Below, one piece after another: positions 1 through 10,159 of a stretch of DNA of 64,000 nucleotides (positions are counted from its first letter, which is position 1; the number at the start of each line of letters is the position of its first letter). The notes under the pieces are model-generated. The model had not been told where the DNA came from, did not search any database, and saw only the letters and a program-made list of their open reading frames with translations. Origin of the DNA: Pseudomonadales bacterium (GTDB lineage: Bacteria > Patescibacteriota > Microgenomatia > UBA1400 > PJMF01); the NCBI GenBank assembly GCA_020632255.1, contig JACKFX010000004.1:26515-90514 (forward strand). The letters are read 5' to 3'. The position numbers were made by a program, and so were the translations under genes.

Positions 1-355
1 AAGGATGTTCTTTTTTTATTATAAAAATATCAACCTAGATTTGTTATCAGACTCTTAATACATATATTCGGCCTATTTGAGTTATATAGCCAAGAAAATG
101 AAATTTTACTAATATTGCTATAAGACTCTTGAGGAAGTTGCTACTTGCACATATACCTAATATATATTATTATGAGATTGTATCAAATACAACCGATACT
201 GGAACAGCGAATTGGCACTAGGTCTCCAATCGCTCCCAAGTAACAAACGGGCCAAGGTTTTCCCTCAGAGAAACCTCAAGCCCCAGAAACCAAGTAGAGC
301 AGAGTGGAACAAGAGGTGCCTTTTTTGTAACCTCACCCCACAGCTCACCAAAAAT

Positions 356-1501
356 ATGAGTACTAGTGAGACACTACTATATCAAAAAATCCATGAGATG
401 AAACAAGGACTGTTTAATGCAGACGGCACTCATCCTGATGGTAGAATCACACCTCAGCTAGAAGTTGGGAACGTTACATTAAATGCTGTAGCTGCATTTC
501 AAACTCCAGATGGAGAGGCAATAGTGATGTATGATCGCGGAAGCATGCAGGTACGGTATCAAAAGATACTCGATACACTGTATCAAGTTGATCCACGTAA
601 AGCAGATATTCTCGATAAAACTATGAACGGTGAGTTTCTTGAAGAAGATTTTCAGAACTTGTCTCGAGCAACAAGCTTTTTACTTTCTCAATTGGAGGCC
701 CACCATCGAGGTGAGTATGAGTATGATAGAGACTTTGTTCGAGATACATTGTATCAATATAAAGAACGATTTTTTCCAAATGCTATGCAGTTACTCTCAG
801 ATGCTGGCATGAGTGAGGCTGTCAGTGGTCAACATAAAAATAGAGATCCGTTACTTCATACCTGTGAGGCGATGGCTAACATTATTTTAGCTCATATAAA
901 AAATCCTACTCTTGATACTGAAACGATTGCATTAGAGATTGTCGCAATTACGCTCCATGACTTTGGTAAACTTCATAATCCTAAGGATGCTTCACATGCG
1001 AGTGGATCTGTTGTTTGGTCTCAAAAGTGGATAGATGGTATTGCTGCCAAGATGTCTGAAATACATTTGGTTACCAATGCGAATAGGTATATTAGACCTC
1101 CAAGATACACTGCAGAAGAAGCAAAGTTTGTGCTTAACTTTTTGATTCAGTATCATGACTTGGGAGGATTTATTGATTCAAAGAAGATAAGTAAAGAGCA
1201 AGCATTCGAGTTAATGCTGAGTGGAGAGTTTGTTCCAAATACCCAAACAATGCTTTCTCTTAAACGTGTCCAAGATGCTGATATGGCGGCAATTCCAGAC
1301 ATGGATCCGCGTTTCATTAAAGGAAATCGAGAGGCACTAGATGATTTGTTACAAAGATTGGTTATGTTACGTTTCGATAAAGGCTACCCAGAAGATCTTT
1401 TTTTAATCGAACAATTAGGAGAACTTTCTCAGGATGATATGGACAAGTTATTTGGAACAATCGCTCGGGCCGAAACTGCTGATTTTCCTTTGCACACATA
1501 G
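356..1501 (+). CDS. HD-domain-containing protein (hypothetical). The ORF opens at 212, but the likely start is the Met at 356 (MSTSETLL…).
   Basis: Carries an H…HD-type motif (…ILAHIKNP…ITLHDFGKLHNP…) like metal-dependent phosphohydrolases. No wider family was recognised. Confidence 0.4.
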   Translation: MSTSETLLYQKIHEMKQGLFNADGTHPDGRITPQLEVGNVTLNAVAAFQTPDGEAIVMYDRGSMQVRYQKILDTLYQVDPRKADILDKTMNGEFLEEDFQNLSRATSFLLSQLEAHHRGEYEYDRDFVRDTLYQYKERFFPNAMQLLSDAGMSEAVSGQHKNRDPLLHTCEAMANIILAHIKNPTLDTETIALEIVAITLHDFGKLHNPKDASHASGSVVWSQKWIDGIAAKMSEIHLVTNANRYIRPPRYTAEEAKFVLNFLIQYHDLGGFIDSKKISKEQAFELMLSGEFVPNTQTMLSLKRVQDADMAAIPDMDPRFIKGNREALDDLLQRLVMLRFDKGYPEDLFLIEQLGELSQDDMDKLFGTIARAETADFPLHT

Positions 1502-1632
1502 TTCAAAAAATGACAGTATGGTATACTTATTAACCAAATGACAAAACAACGTGTGGAGGCGGCACATGATTAAATCAGCCTTTCGATTCCAGACTCAGTT
1601 TTCAACGCTTTAAGCGGTTTTTCTAGTTTAGT

Positions 1633-1656
1633 GGCGCCTAATTAGGGCGTCTTTTT
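1633..1656 (+). terminator. Putative rho-independent terminator after the HD-domain ORF
   Basis: GGCGCC-taattag-GGCGTC hairpin with one G:U wobble, followed by TTTTT. Confidence 0.45.
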
Positions 1657-1711
1657 CGTAGTAACTTGTGTACAATAAGGTGGTAGCACAGCCACAAAAC
1701 GGAGGAAAAAA

Positions 1712-3037
1712 ATGCCAAAACAACAACGAGACGAAATTTTTTCACTTATAGAACAAGAAAAACAACGCCAGATCGAGATGATCGGGCTGATTCCTTCTGA
1801 AAATGCGGTTTCGCCAGAGGTTTCAGAAGTGTTGTCGTCCTGTTTATCAAACAAGTATTCGGAAGGATACTCAAACAAACGATATTACGAAGGTAACCAA
1901 ATAATCGATAAAATCGAGCAGCTGGCAGGGGAGAGAGTTAAGAAACTCTTTGGCGTTCCGTACGTAAATGTGCAGCCGTACTCTGGCTCGCCAGCTAATT
2001 TAGCAATTTATTTTGCCTTGATGCAGCCTGGTGATACGTTGCTTGGACTCAAGTTAGCCAACGGAGGACACTTAACCCACGGGCATCCAAAGGTGACTGG
2101 TTCTGGCACGTTCTACAACAGTGTTCAGTATGGTGTCAAAGACGATGCACGCATCGATTTTGACGAAGTTCGCGAGCTGGCTAAGAAGCACAGACCAAAA
2201 GTGATTGTGGCCGGAAACACGGCCTATCCGTTTGAACTAGACTTTAAGAAGTTCAGAGAGATCGCGGATGAAGTCGGCGCCTGGCTGGTGGCCGATATTT
2301 CTCATGTAACTGGCCTGGTAGTTGCGGGAGAACACCTTTCACCAATGCCATATGCCCATGTAGTCATGTCGACGACCCACAAGACTTTTAGAGGTCCTCG
2401 AGGCGCTATGATAATGGTTACCCATGAAGGTATGGCTCGCGATGAGAAGCTTGGTCGCAAGATCGATGCTGCCATTATTCCTGGGTTACAGGGAGGTCCA
2501 CACAATGCAACTACTGCAGCGATTGCGATTGCGGCTGCCGAGGCCATGCGTCCGGAGTTTACCGAGTACGCCAAGCGAGTGACTGCCAATGCGCAGGCGC
2601 TGGCTGAAGGTCTGTTATCTCGAGGGGTAAAGCTGGTTGGTGGTGGAACCGAAACTCATTTGATGGTGATAGATTTAACTTCAATTGGCGCAGGGCTTGG
2701 TACTCAAGTGGCATTTGCTCTTGATGTAGCCGGTATCTATGCTAATCGAAACACGGTTCCAGCTGAGACTGGCTCACCATTTTTCCCTAGTGGAATCCGC
2801 ATTGGTACGCCATTGGTAACCACTCGAGGAATGGGTCCTGAGGAGATGGACAAGATCGCGGCGTGGATTGCGCGCGTGATCGAGCATACCACCACCGAAC
2901 AATTGCCAAAGGGCAAGCAAGAGCGAAACGCGTTTTTGAAGACCTTCCGCGCACGCGCGCAAAAAGACAAAGTTTTGCTTTCTATTCGGGAAGAAGTCAA
3001 GGACATGGCAACCAAGTTTCCATTGTTCAAGTGGTAG
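1712..3037 (+). CDS. glyA: Serine hydroxymethyltransferase
   Basis: Full-length match to the SHMT fold. SENAVSPEV, YSEGYSNKRYYEG and the PLP-lysine region STTHKTFRGPRGAMI are all present. Confidence 0.93.
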   Translation: MPKQQRDEIFSLIEQEKQRQIEMIGLIPSENAVSPEVSEVLSSCLSNKYSEGYSNKRYYEGNQIIDKIEQLAGERVKKLFGVPYVNVQPYSGSPANLAIYFALMQPGDTLLGLKLANGGHLTHGHPKVTGSGTFYNSVQYGVKDDARIDFDEVRELAKKHRPKVIVAGNTAYPFELDFKKFREIADEVGAWLVADISHVTGLVVAGEHLSPMPYAHVVMSTTHKTFRGPRGAMIMVTHEGMARDEKLGRKIDAAIIPGLQGGPHNATTAAIAIAAAEAMRPEFTEYAKRVTANAQALAEGLLSRGVKLVGGGTETHLMVIDLTSIGAGLGTQVAFALDVAGIYANRNTVPAETGSPFFPSGIRIGTPLVTTRGMGPEEMDKIAAWIARVIEHTTTEQLPKGKQERNAFLKTFRARAQKDKVLLSIREEVKDMATKFPLFKW

Positions 3038-3072
3038 CTTTGACGAGGTAGCCACACAGGATTGAAAACAAA

Positions 3073-3534
3073 ATGTCTCGAGAAGTTTTGCACGAAGTTG
3101 AAGAACTCTTCACTGGTATTAACTACGACTATGACTCTGGCCCGCTCATTGAGCGGGTAGAGCATGTGTTTGAAGTTGGCATTAACTGCCAATTATTGGC
3201 ACATATCGTGCTAGAAGAATTGGGGTATGGTTTGCCAAAAGAGATGCGTTCCAAAGAACTGTATGAGGATGAGGTTTTCACCTTTCCCATAGATCCCACA
3301 GTGGATGGCTGGCGGCCGGGTGATATCTTGTTTAGTTACAATCAGCCAGATGATTTTGATCCAAAACAGCTGCACATGTCGGTGTGTGCTGCTGTAGAAG
3401 CGGGAGTGCCGCACTTTATTCATGCGGTTAAGTTTCGAGATGAAGAAAAAGAAACAGTGACGACTTGGAAATTAGATGATTTTGCTGCCAGCCGGGTGCA
3501 TAGGCACCTCATTGCCGCCAAGCGTGTACGCTAA
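3073..3534 (+). CDS. Hypothetical protein, possibly a permuted papain-like or NlpC-like fold
   Basis: 153 aa ORF lying between glyA and a convergent methyltransferase. Conserved Cys/His residues but no confident family. Confidence 0.35.
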   Translation: MSREVLHEVEELFTGINYDYDSGPLIERVEHVFEVGINCQLLAHIVLEELGYGLPKEMRSKELYEDEVFTFPIDPTVDGWRPGDILFSYNQPDDFDPKQLHMSVCAAVEAGVPHFIHAVKFRDEEKETVTTWKLDDFAASRVHRHLIAAKRVR

Positions 3535-4237
3535 TCAGGCCTTTAGATTGTTTGATGTTGAATTTTGTAAGTTCTTTGCCATCCTGGGCGTAGGATAGTG
3601 TGTAGCCCTGTTGTTTGAGTATTTCAGACAGATAGTAGAGGTTTTGTTGTTTGACCGAGTGATACTCCATGAGAATTTGGTCGATGAGGGGCAAGGCATC
3701 TTGGCTGGCCTCAAGCACTGCTTGTTCGGCGCCTTCGATATCTAGTTTCAGTACGTCGATTGGCTGGGTTACAAATTCAGAGAGTGGCCAAGTATCTACC
3801 TGAATTGCTTGGGATTCTTGCTGTTTGGTCCAGGCTCCTTTGATGAAGCTGCCTGTTGACCACCACTGGTTTTTGGTCGAGTCAACAAAGAATTCTGTGG
3901 TGCTGCGGGTATCGCTTAAAGCGCCTTGGATGGTGGTCACATTTTCGAGTTGGTTTTCCCAGATATTTTTTTCTAAGAGTTTGAAGAGATCTGGATTTGG
4001 TTCAAGGGCAATGATGGTGGCGTGAGGGTAGAGGGATTTAAAGTAGAGGGTAGTTAGACCAATGTGGGCGCCGGCGTCAATAATGACTGGGTTTGGATTG
4101 TCCGTCTCGAAGTAGTACTCGTCGTGAGAAAACACCTCGCGCTTGAGGTGGTGGTATTCTTCCGAGTTTTCGAAATAGACGGTAAAGTTTTTGAGTTTTG
4201 CGGATTGCATCTCTGGTAGTATAGCAGGAGAGACCAA
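3509..4237 (-). CDS. FkbM-family SAM-dependent methyltransferase
   Basis: IIDAGAHIGLTTLYF and LKLDIEGAE match the FkbM-family signature. Confidence 0.7.
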   Translation of the reverse strand: MVSPAILPEMQSAKLKNFTVYFENSEEYHHLKREVFSHDEYYFETDNPNPVIIDAGAHIGLTTLYFKSLYPHATIIALEPNPDLFKLLEKNIWENQLENVTTIQGALSDTRSTTEFFVDSTKNQWWSTGSFIKGAWTKQQESQAIQVDTWPLSEFVTQPIDVLKLDIEGAEQAVLEASQDALPLIDQILMEYHSVKQQNLYYLSEILKQQGYTLSYAQDGKELTKFNIKQSKGLISVHAWRQ

Positions 4238-4243
4238 GAAAAT

Positions 4244-5098
4244 GTGTTACTATTAGCACAGAAGGAGACGTTTATGCGATATATTGGTGCCCATGTTTCA
4301 GCAAGTGGCGGGCTAGAAAAGGCCGTAGAAAGAGCAAAGGCTATCGGGTGTAACAGCCTCCAGCTGTTCAGTGGCAGTCCAAGGGTTTGGAAGCGAAAAG
4401 ATTTGGATCAAGTTGAGACCAGCAAAATGTTTTCACTTCGCGATGAATATAATTTTGGACCAGTCTTTACTCATTCGCTCTACCTGGTAAATTTAGCTTC
4501 GCCCAACCCCGAACTTTTAGAGAAGTCCTTACGGGTTCTCAAATATGACATGGCGTTTGACAGCAAAATTAAGGGTTCGGGTATCGTGGTGCACCTTGGA
4601 AGTCACTTGGGAGCAGGGTGGGAGGCGGTTCGCGATGATGTGGCTGCGCACATCTCTGAAATCCTCAAAGATAGCCCCGATGATGCCACGTTTTTGATTG
4701 AAAACAGTGCTGGCCAAAAAGGTAAGCTGTGTAGCAACCTCGAAGAGATCAAGTGGTTGTTTGATCACATTTCTTCCCCCAAGTTGGGCTGGTGTTTTGA
4801 TACCTGTCATGCGCACGCGGCTGGCTACGACTTGCTGACAGTTGGTGATGAGATTTCTCGTCTAGGTTTGTGGAAGGACCTCAAGTGTATTCATGTTAAT
4901 GACAGCCGGGATGATTTTGACAGTGGCCGAGATCGCCATGAGAACCTTGGTAAAGGCAATATTGCCGAAGCTGACTTTAAACACTTTCTGAATTTGCCTG
5001 AAGTTGCTGAAATTCCAATGATTTTGGAAGTTCCAGGTTTGGACGGCAACGGTCCAGATGCGCCAAATATTGAGGTGTTGAAGTCGTATGTGGAGTAG
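4244..5098 (+). CDS. nfo: Endonuclease IV (apurinic/apyrimidinic endonuclease)
   Basis: MRYIGAHVSASGGLEKAVERAKAIGCNSLQLFSGSPRVW and the downstream TIM-barrel metal-ligand histidines are typical of Nfo. Confidence 0.88.
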   Translation: MLLLAQKETFMRYIGAHVSASGGLEKAVERAKAIGCNSLQLFSGSPRVWKRKDLDQVETSKMFSLRDEYNFGPVFTHSLYLVNLASPNPELLEKSLRVLKYDMAFDSKIKGSGIVVHLGSHLGAGWEAVRDDVAAHISEILKDSPDDATFLIENSAGQKGKLCSNLEEIKWLFDHISSPKLGWCFDTCHAHAAGYDLLTVGDEISRLGLWKDLKCIHVNDSRDDFDSGRDRHENLGKGNIAEADFKHFLNLPEVAEIPMILEVPGLDGNGPDAPNIEVLKSYVE

Positions 5099-5428
5099 GG
5101 TGGGGGTAAAAAGGTTTGAGACGCAAAAAGCCTGCTTCTTTATCGGGAAGCGAGCTTTAGTTAGGTCTACCAGAAGCTTGAGGTTGTTCAGATGCTCAAA
5201 TTGGCTTGACGGCGTGGTACAGAGCATGGACAAACTCAGGAACGGTTACAAACCATTCAGGATTTTTTCCACCACGTTGCTCTCTTACATAATTGATTGT
5301 TAACGAACAAAACCAAAGTGAACTCGAAAAAATCACCTCACAAATTGGGTACACGGAGTGCACCCAAAAACCACCCGCTTGTCAATAATTATAGGTCTAT
5401 GATTATTGTCTGCACGCTGATATAATGC

Positions 5429-6343
5429 GTGTTGATGACAATTTACAACGGAACTCAACGAGCGTTAGAACTAGAAGTAGCTCTCCGGCAGCAGGTGGTA
5501 GCTTTGGCTCAACGTGGTGTGTATCTCTCGATTGCTGCCATTTTGTTTGGAGAAGACAGTGGTAGTCGCTTGTACACTCGGTTGAAGGCAGAAACTGCTC
5601 AGCAAGTAGGTATTGAGTACCGCGTCTTTCGATTTTCTCTGCAAGATGACGTTTCCAAAATTCAAGCAAAAATTTCAGAATTGAATGCTGATTATACAGT
5701 CACTGGCATCATCATTCAAAAACCTTGGCGAAAAACCTGGCAAAACGCCACCAGAGCAGGGGAGAGTAGCAAAACTGCCTACGACCAGTGGTGGTTGGAG
5801 TTGGTTTCAACTCTGAGTGTCGCCAAAGACGTCGATGGGTTGCACCCCCAAACGCTCCAAGCAATCAAGGATGGTACCTGGAAAGAGCAGGGCAAGGTTT
5901 TGCCAGCAACTGCTTCCGCAGTGTTAACCATCATGGAAGACTTTGCAGCTTCTCAAAACAAACCGCTGACTGCCTATAACACCAGTATTATTGGTATTTC
6001 TGATTTGCTGGGTCGACCGCTGTTCTTCGAGTTGAAGAGTAGGGGAGTGGCGTGTGAGCTCTTGGGTCGTAAAGGATTACAAGAAAAAATGGCCAGTGGA
6101 GACGCGCTCACCAAAAGTGACATTATTGTCTCTGCAACCGGCGTTGAAGGCCTGATCACCGGTAGCTTGATAGGCAAGGGGAGTGCCCTCGTTGATGTAG
6201 GTGAGCCTCGTCCTGATGTTGATATTAATTCGGTGATTAAAGCCAATAAGGCCTCATTTATTACCCCGGTTCCTGGGGGCGTGGGGCCGTTGACCATTGT
6301 GAGTTTGCTGCAGAATGCAGTCGTCTTGGCAAATCACGCATAA
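5429..6343 (+). CDS. folD: Bifunctional methylene-THF dehydrogenase / methenyl-THF cyclohydrolase
   Basis: The N-terminal region aligns with FolD. The C-terminal Rossmann segment (…IVSATGVEGLITGSLIGKGSALVDVG… PVPGGVGPLTIVSLLQN) also fits. It lies beside glyA and nfo. Confidence 0.8.
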   Translation: MLMTIYNGTQRALELEVALRQQVVALAQRGVYLSIAAILFGEDSGSRLYTRLKAETAQQVGIEYRVFRFSLQDDVSKIQAKISELNADYTVTGIIIQKPWRKTWQNATRAGESSKTAYDQWWLELVSTLSVAKDVDGLHPQTLQAIKDGTWKEQGKVLPATASAVLTIMEDFAASQNKPLTAYNTSIIGISDLLGRPLFFELKSRGVACELLGRKGLQEKMASGDALTKSDIIVSATGVEGLITGSLIGKGSALVDVGEPRPDVDINSVIKANKASFITPVPGGVGPLTIVSLLQNAVVLANHA

Positions 6344-6475
6344 GGTGGTATACTTCACCTCTAGTAAAAATAACTGCTAGTGCCATAACAAGTACTAGAC
6401 CGCAGAATCGCGTAGGGTCCTGATATGTACTCGCGAATACCTGCAACCCTTAAGAAAGGGGAACAAAGGACAGAT

Positions 6476-7195
6476 ATGAATAAGAATTTCTCTGACCTAC
6501 CTAATAAAGCACCTGAGTACGATCTTCGCGATCTTCTCGAGGCTGGATGTCATTTTGGACATCAAAAAGCCAAGTGGAACCCTCACATGGCTGAGTGGAT
6601 CTACATGGAAAAAGATGGCGTGCACATCTTTGATTTAGCTAAAACTGCAGCTCAGTTGCAGATGGCCTACAACTATGCCTACGAACTCGGTTCAAAAGGC
6701 AAGACTGTGGTCATGGTTGGAACCAAACGTCAAGCTCGCGAGATTGTTGCTGACGCCGCTAAGAAAGCTGGTGTTAACTATGTGATCTCACGTTGGCTCG
6801 GTGGTTTCCTTACCAACTGGACTCAGGTTAAACAATCTATAAAGAAGATGAATGACATCGAAGCTGGCCTTAAATCTGGCAAGTACGATGGCTACACCAA
6901 GTACGAGCGCGTTCAGCTTGAAAAAGAGCAGAACAAACTTGAGCGTTTCTTCATTGGTGTCAAAGATCTGAAAGAAACTCCTGATTGCATTTTTGTGGTT
7001 GATCCTAAGCGTGAAGATAACGCTATTAAGGAAGCACGTGTTGAGAATGTGCCAGTTGTGGCTCTCATTGACTCAAATGCAGACCCAGATTTAGTAGACC
7101 TTCCAATTCCAGCTAATGACGACGCTGTGAAGTCAATTCGCTTCATTGTTGATCAATTTGCTGCTGGATACATGGCAGGAAAAGCTGCTAAATAA
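6476..7195 (+). CDS. rpsB: 30S ribosomal protein S2. The ORF opens at 6425, but the likely start is the Met at 6476, which has an AAAGGA ribosome-binding site.
   Basis: LRDLLEAGCHFGHQKAKWNPHM is the canonical S2 N-terminus. The rest of the S2 fold follows. Confidence 0.93.
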   Translation: MNKNFSDLPNKAPEYDLRDLLEAGCHFGHQKAKWNPHMAEWIYMEKDGVHIFDLAKTAAQLQMAYNYAYELGSKGKTVVMVGTKRQAREIVADAAKKAGVNYVISRWLGGFLTNWTQVKQSIKKMNDIEAGLKSGKYDGYTKYERVQLEKEQNKLERFFIGVKDLKETPDCIFVVDPKREDNAIKEARVENVPVVALIDSNADPDLVDLPIPANDDAVKSIRFIVDQFAAGYMAGKAAK

Positions 7196-7233
7196 GCTGC
7201 CCGTATAAACTATTTAGATACAGAAAGATTACT

Positions 7234-7695
7234 ATGGCATCATTTACCGCTGCAGATGTAAAGAAGCTCCGTGAAGAAACCGGCGCAGGCATGATGGACT
7301 GTAAAAAAGCCCTCGATTCAGCTGAAGGTGACTTCGAAGCTGCTAAAGAACTGGTTCGTCAAAAAGGACTTGCTCGTGCAGAAAAGAAAGCCGACCGCGA
7401 AACCAAAGAAGGCTACATCGCTAGTTATGTCCACTCAACTGGAAAGACAGCAGCTCTCGTAGAAGTTCTCTGTGAAACTGACTTTGTTGCTCGCAACGAT
7501 GAGTTTCAGGATATGGCAAAAGGCCTGGCTATGCAGGTTGTGGCTATGTCTCCAGAAACTGTTGAAGAACTGTTAGCTCAAGACTACATCAAGGATCCTT
7601 CTATGTCTGTTGAAGACGTTGTTAAAGGTCTCTCTGGTAAAATCGGAGAAAAATTTGTGGTTAGCCGCTTCGTTAAGTACGTTGTGGGTGAGTAA
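7234..7695 (+). CDS. tsf: Elongation factor Ts, short form
   Basis: The UBA-like N-terminus (LREETGAGMMDCKKAL) and the TDFVARN motif are present. It sits directly downstream of rpsB, as in the classic rpsB-tsf operon. Confidence 0.9.
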   Translation: MASFTAADVKKLREETGAGMMDCKKALDSAEGDFEAAKELVRQKGLARAEKKADRETKEGYIASYVHSTGKTAALVEVLCETDFVARNDEFQDMAKGLAMQVVAMSPETVEELLAQDYIKDPSMSVEDVVKGLSGKIGEKFVVSRFVKYVVGE

Positions 7696-7731
7696 ATCAC
7701 TTTTTTAGCTTTTCAAATAGAAACGAAAATG

Positions 7732-7758
7732 GCCGCGCTGGAAGCGCGGCCTTTTGGT
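7732..7758. terminator. Bidirectional rho-independent terminator between tsf and queA
   Basis: Perfect GGCCGCGC-tggaa-GCGCGGCC hairpin. It has a T-run on the plus strand and an A-run (T on the minus strand) on the other side. Confidence 0.7.
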
Positions 7759-7773
7759 TGTTAATCTTCATTT

Positions 7774-8871
7774 TTACAAAATAATCATCCCATCCCCAAA
7801 GGAATAGAATCGGTACTTATTCTTGATGGCATACTCGTATGCACGACCAATAAGTGATTCGCCAAAAGTGGTAAAAACTTCTTCGGCATTTGGGTGGGAC
7901 ACAAAAGCAGAGACGAGCATCAGTAAGGTAGATTTTGGTAAGTGGAAGTTGGTAATCAAGGCGTCTGCACATTTGTAGTGGTAGGGTGGGTAGATGTAGA
8001 TATCGGTATCAGCAATTTGCGGCTTGATCGTAAAGGTGCCATCTTCAGCCAGTGTTGAGCAGGTTTCCAAAACTCGATTTGACGTGGTCCCGACAGCAAT
8101 AATTTTACTGCCGTTGTCTTTGGCAGCTTGAATTACTTGGGCGGCATCTTCAGAAAGCTCGAACCACTCGCTGTGCATGTGATGATTGGTGATATCTTTA
8201 GTTTTAACAGGAAGGAAGGTCCCAAGGCCCACATGGAGGGTAACTTCAACAATTTTGATATCACGCTCAAGGAGTTTGGTATCGAGCTCTTTGGTAAAGT
8301 GAAGTCCAGCAGTTGGAGCAGCCGCAGAGCCATCAAATTTGGCATAGATAGTTTGGTATTGTTCGCGAAATTTGTTCTCATCTGTGTGAGCTTCAGCAAT
8401 GTAGGGAGGCAGGGGAGTGATACCCATGTTTGTAAGTTCTTCGATAAACTCCGGACCAGCCATGTTAAATTCGATAAAGCGGGTATAGTTGTCTTCAGAG
8501 AGGCCAGTGCAGGTGGCGGTGAGGTTGGGGCCAAAGTTTGCGGTTTGCCCAGGTTTAAGACCGGGTTTAGAAAGACACTCCCAAGTTTCGCTTATCGCTG
8601 TGTGAGAAAGTTTTTTGGTGAGCAGGAGTTCAAGTTTTCCGCCGGTGTCCTTTTTGCCGATAATCCGTGCAGGGATAACTTTAGTATTGTTGCGTACCAG
8701 AACATCCCCAGGTTGAAGATACTCTGCCAGGTTGTAATAGTGATCATCTTTGAGCTCGCCGGTTTGGCGGTTAATCACCAAGAGTTTGCTGGTGTCACGG
8801 GGTTCGGCAGGATACTTAGCGATGCGCTCGGGTGGGAGGTGGTAGTCGAATTGGTCGAGGGTGAGTTTCAT
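7774..8871 (-). CDS. queA: S-adenosylmethionine:tRNA ribosyltransferase-isomerase. The ORF extends to 8925; the likely start is MKLTLDQFDY at 8871.
   Basis: LDQFDYHLPPERIAKYPAEPRDTSKLLV… is the canonical QueA N-terminus. Confidence 0.88.
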   Translation of the reverse strand: MKLTLDQFDYHLPPERIAKYPAEPRDTSKLLVINRQTGELKDDHYYNLAEYLQPGDVLVRNNTKVIPARIIGKKDTGGKLELLLTKKLSHTAISETWECLSKPGLKPGQTANFGPNLTATCTGLSEDNYTRFIEFNMAGPEFIEELTNMGITPLPPYIAEAHTDENKFREQYQTIYAKFDGSAAAPTAGLHFTKELDTKLLERDIKIVEVTLHVGLGTFLPVKTKDITNHHMHSEWFELSEDAAQVIQAAKDNGSKIIAVGTTSNRVLETCSTLAEDGTFTIKPQIADTDIYIYPPYHYKCADALITNFHLPKSTLLMLVSAFVSHPNAEEVFTTFGESLIGRAYEYAIKNKYRFYSFGDGMIIL

Positions 8872-8903
8872 GTTGCTTATTATACCAGGCATCTTGAGGT
8901 ATA

Positions 8904-10106
8904 ATGTGGGCCATGCCAAAAGCAAAAAATGAATTTGAGTTCACACTCCAAAAAACCAAAGGCAAAATGCGCGCCGGAAAGATGACTACGCCGCATGGTG
9001 TGGTGGAGACGCCCATTTTTATGCCAGTCGGAACCGTGGGAAGTGTGAAGTCGCTTGATTCTGCCGATGTCCAGAATACACAAGCTCAAATTATTTTAGG
9101 AAATACCTATCATTTGTATTTGCGCCCGGGAATGGAAACCATGCAAAAAATGGGTGGCCTCCATAAGTTCATGCGGTGGAATAAACCGATTCTGACAGAC
9201 TCAGGTGGGTTTCAGGTGCTCTCACTTGGTGATGCTATCGCTCACAAACAAGAAGGGGGAGTGAAGCAAGAAAACCCAGGAGTGAAGATTACTGAAGATG
9301 GTGTCGAGTTCCGCTCACATTTAGATGGCTCAAAGCATACCTTTACTCCAGAAAAATCAATCCAGATTCAGCGAGAGATTGGTTCTGACATCATGATGGC
9401 TTTTGATGAAGCACTGCCAGATAGCAAGCCTCACAAATATGCTGCAGACTCGCTAGCAAAGACACACGATTGGGCTACTAAGTGTTACAACTATTGGGAA
9501 AAGCATGATCGCCGGAGTGTGTACGGTACCTACCAATCATTATTTGGTATTATTCAAGGTGGTTTATTTGAAGATTTACGACTTGAGTCAGTCAAACACA
9601 TCATGAGTTTAGATTTTGATGGCATCGCTTTAGGTGGTGAGACGGTTGGCTACAATTTAGAGGGTACGCGTCAGGTGATGGAGTGGGTTGAACCTTTGAT
9701 GCCCGCGAATAAACCTCGCTATGCCATGGGCATGGGGATGAATCCAATCGATTTAGTTGAAGGTGTGAAAATGGGTTTTGATATGTTTGACTGTGTGGCA
9801 CCTGCCAGACTAGCTCGAAATGGTTCCTTGTATGTTGGAGAGTTAGTTATCAAAGATGGTGAACCAGTTTTTGAATCTCAGTTCAAGAATGGTCGGATGT
9901 CGATCGGCGCGGCACAGTACACGACCGATGACAGCGTTATTCAAGAAGGGTGTGATTGTGAAACCTGTAAAGCTGGATACACCCGCGCCTATCTGCGTCA
10001 CTTGTATAAAACCAAAGAATTGGCTTATTACAGATTAGCAACTCAACACAACCTACGTTTCATGATTCGGCTGACAGAACAGCTGAGAAGCTTTATACTG
10101 GAGTAA
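8904..10106 (+). CDS. tgt: Queuine tRNA-ribosyltransferase
   Basis: VVETPIFMPVGTVGSVK, LTDSGGFQV and the zinc-site residues CDCETC are present. It is transcribed divergently from queA. Confidence 0.92.
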   Translation: MWAMPKAKNEFEFTLQKTKGKMRAGKMTTPHGVVETPIFMPVGTVGSVKSLDSADVQNTQAQIILGNTYHLYLRPGMETMQKMGGLHKFMRWNKPILTDSGGFQVLSLGDAIAHKQEGGVKQENPGVKITEDGVEFRSHLDGSKHTFTPEKSIQIQREIGSDIMMAFDEALPDSKPHKYAADSLAKTHDWATKCYNYWEKHDRRSVYGTYQSLFGIIQGGLFEDLRLESVKHIMSLDFDGIALGGETVGYNLEGTRQVMEWVEPLMPANKPRYAMGMGMNPIDLVEGVKMGFDMFDCVAPARLARNGSLYVGELVIKDGEPVFESQFKNGRMSIGAAQYTTDDSVIQEGCDCETCKAGYTRAYLRHLYKTKELAYYRLATQHNLRFMIRLTEQLRSFILE

Positions 10107-10159
10107 GCACAACCTCACACTGAGATAGTGTTTTTAGTAGTCAGATAGAAAGTACTTGC

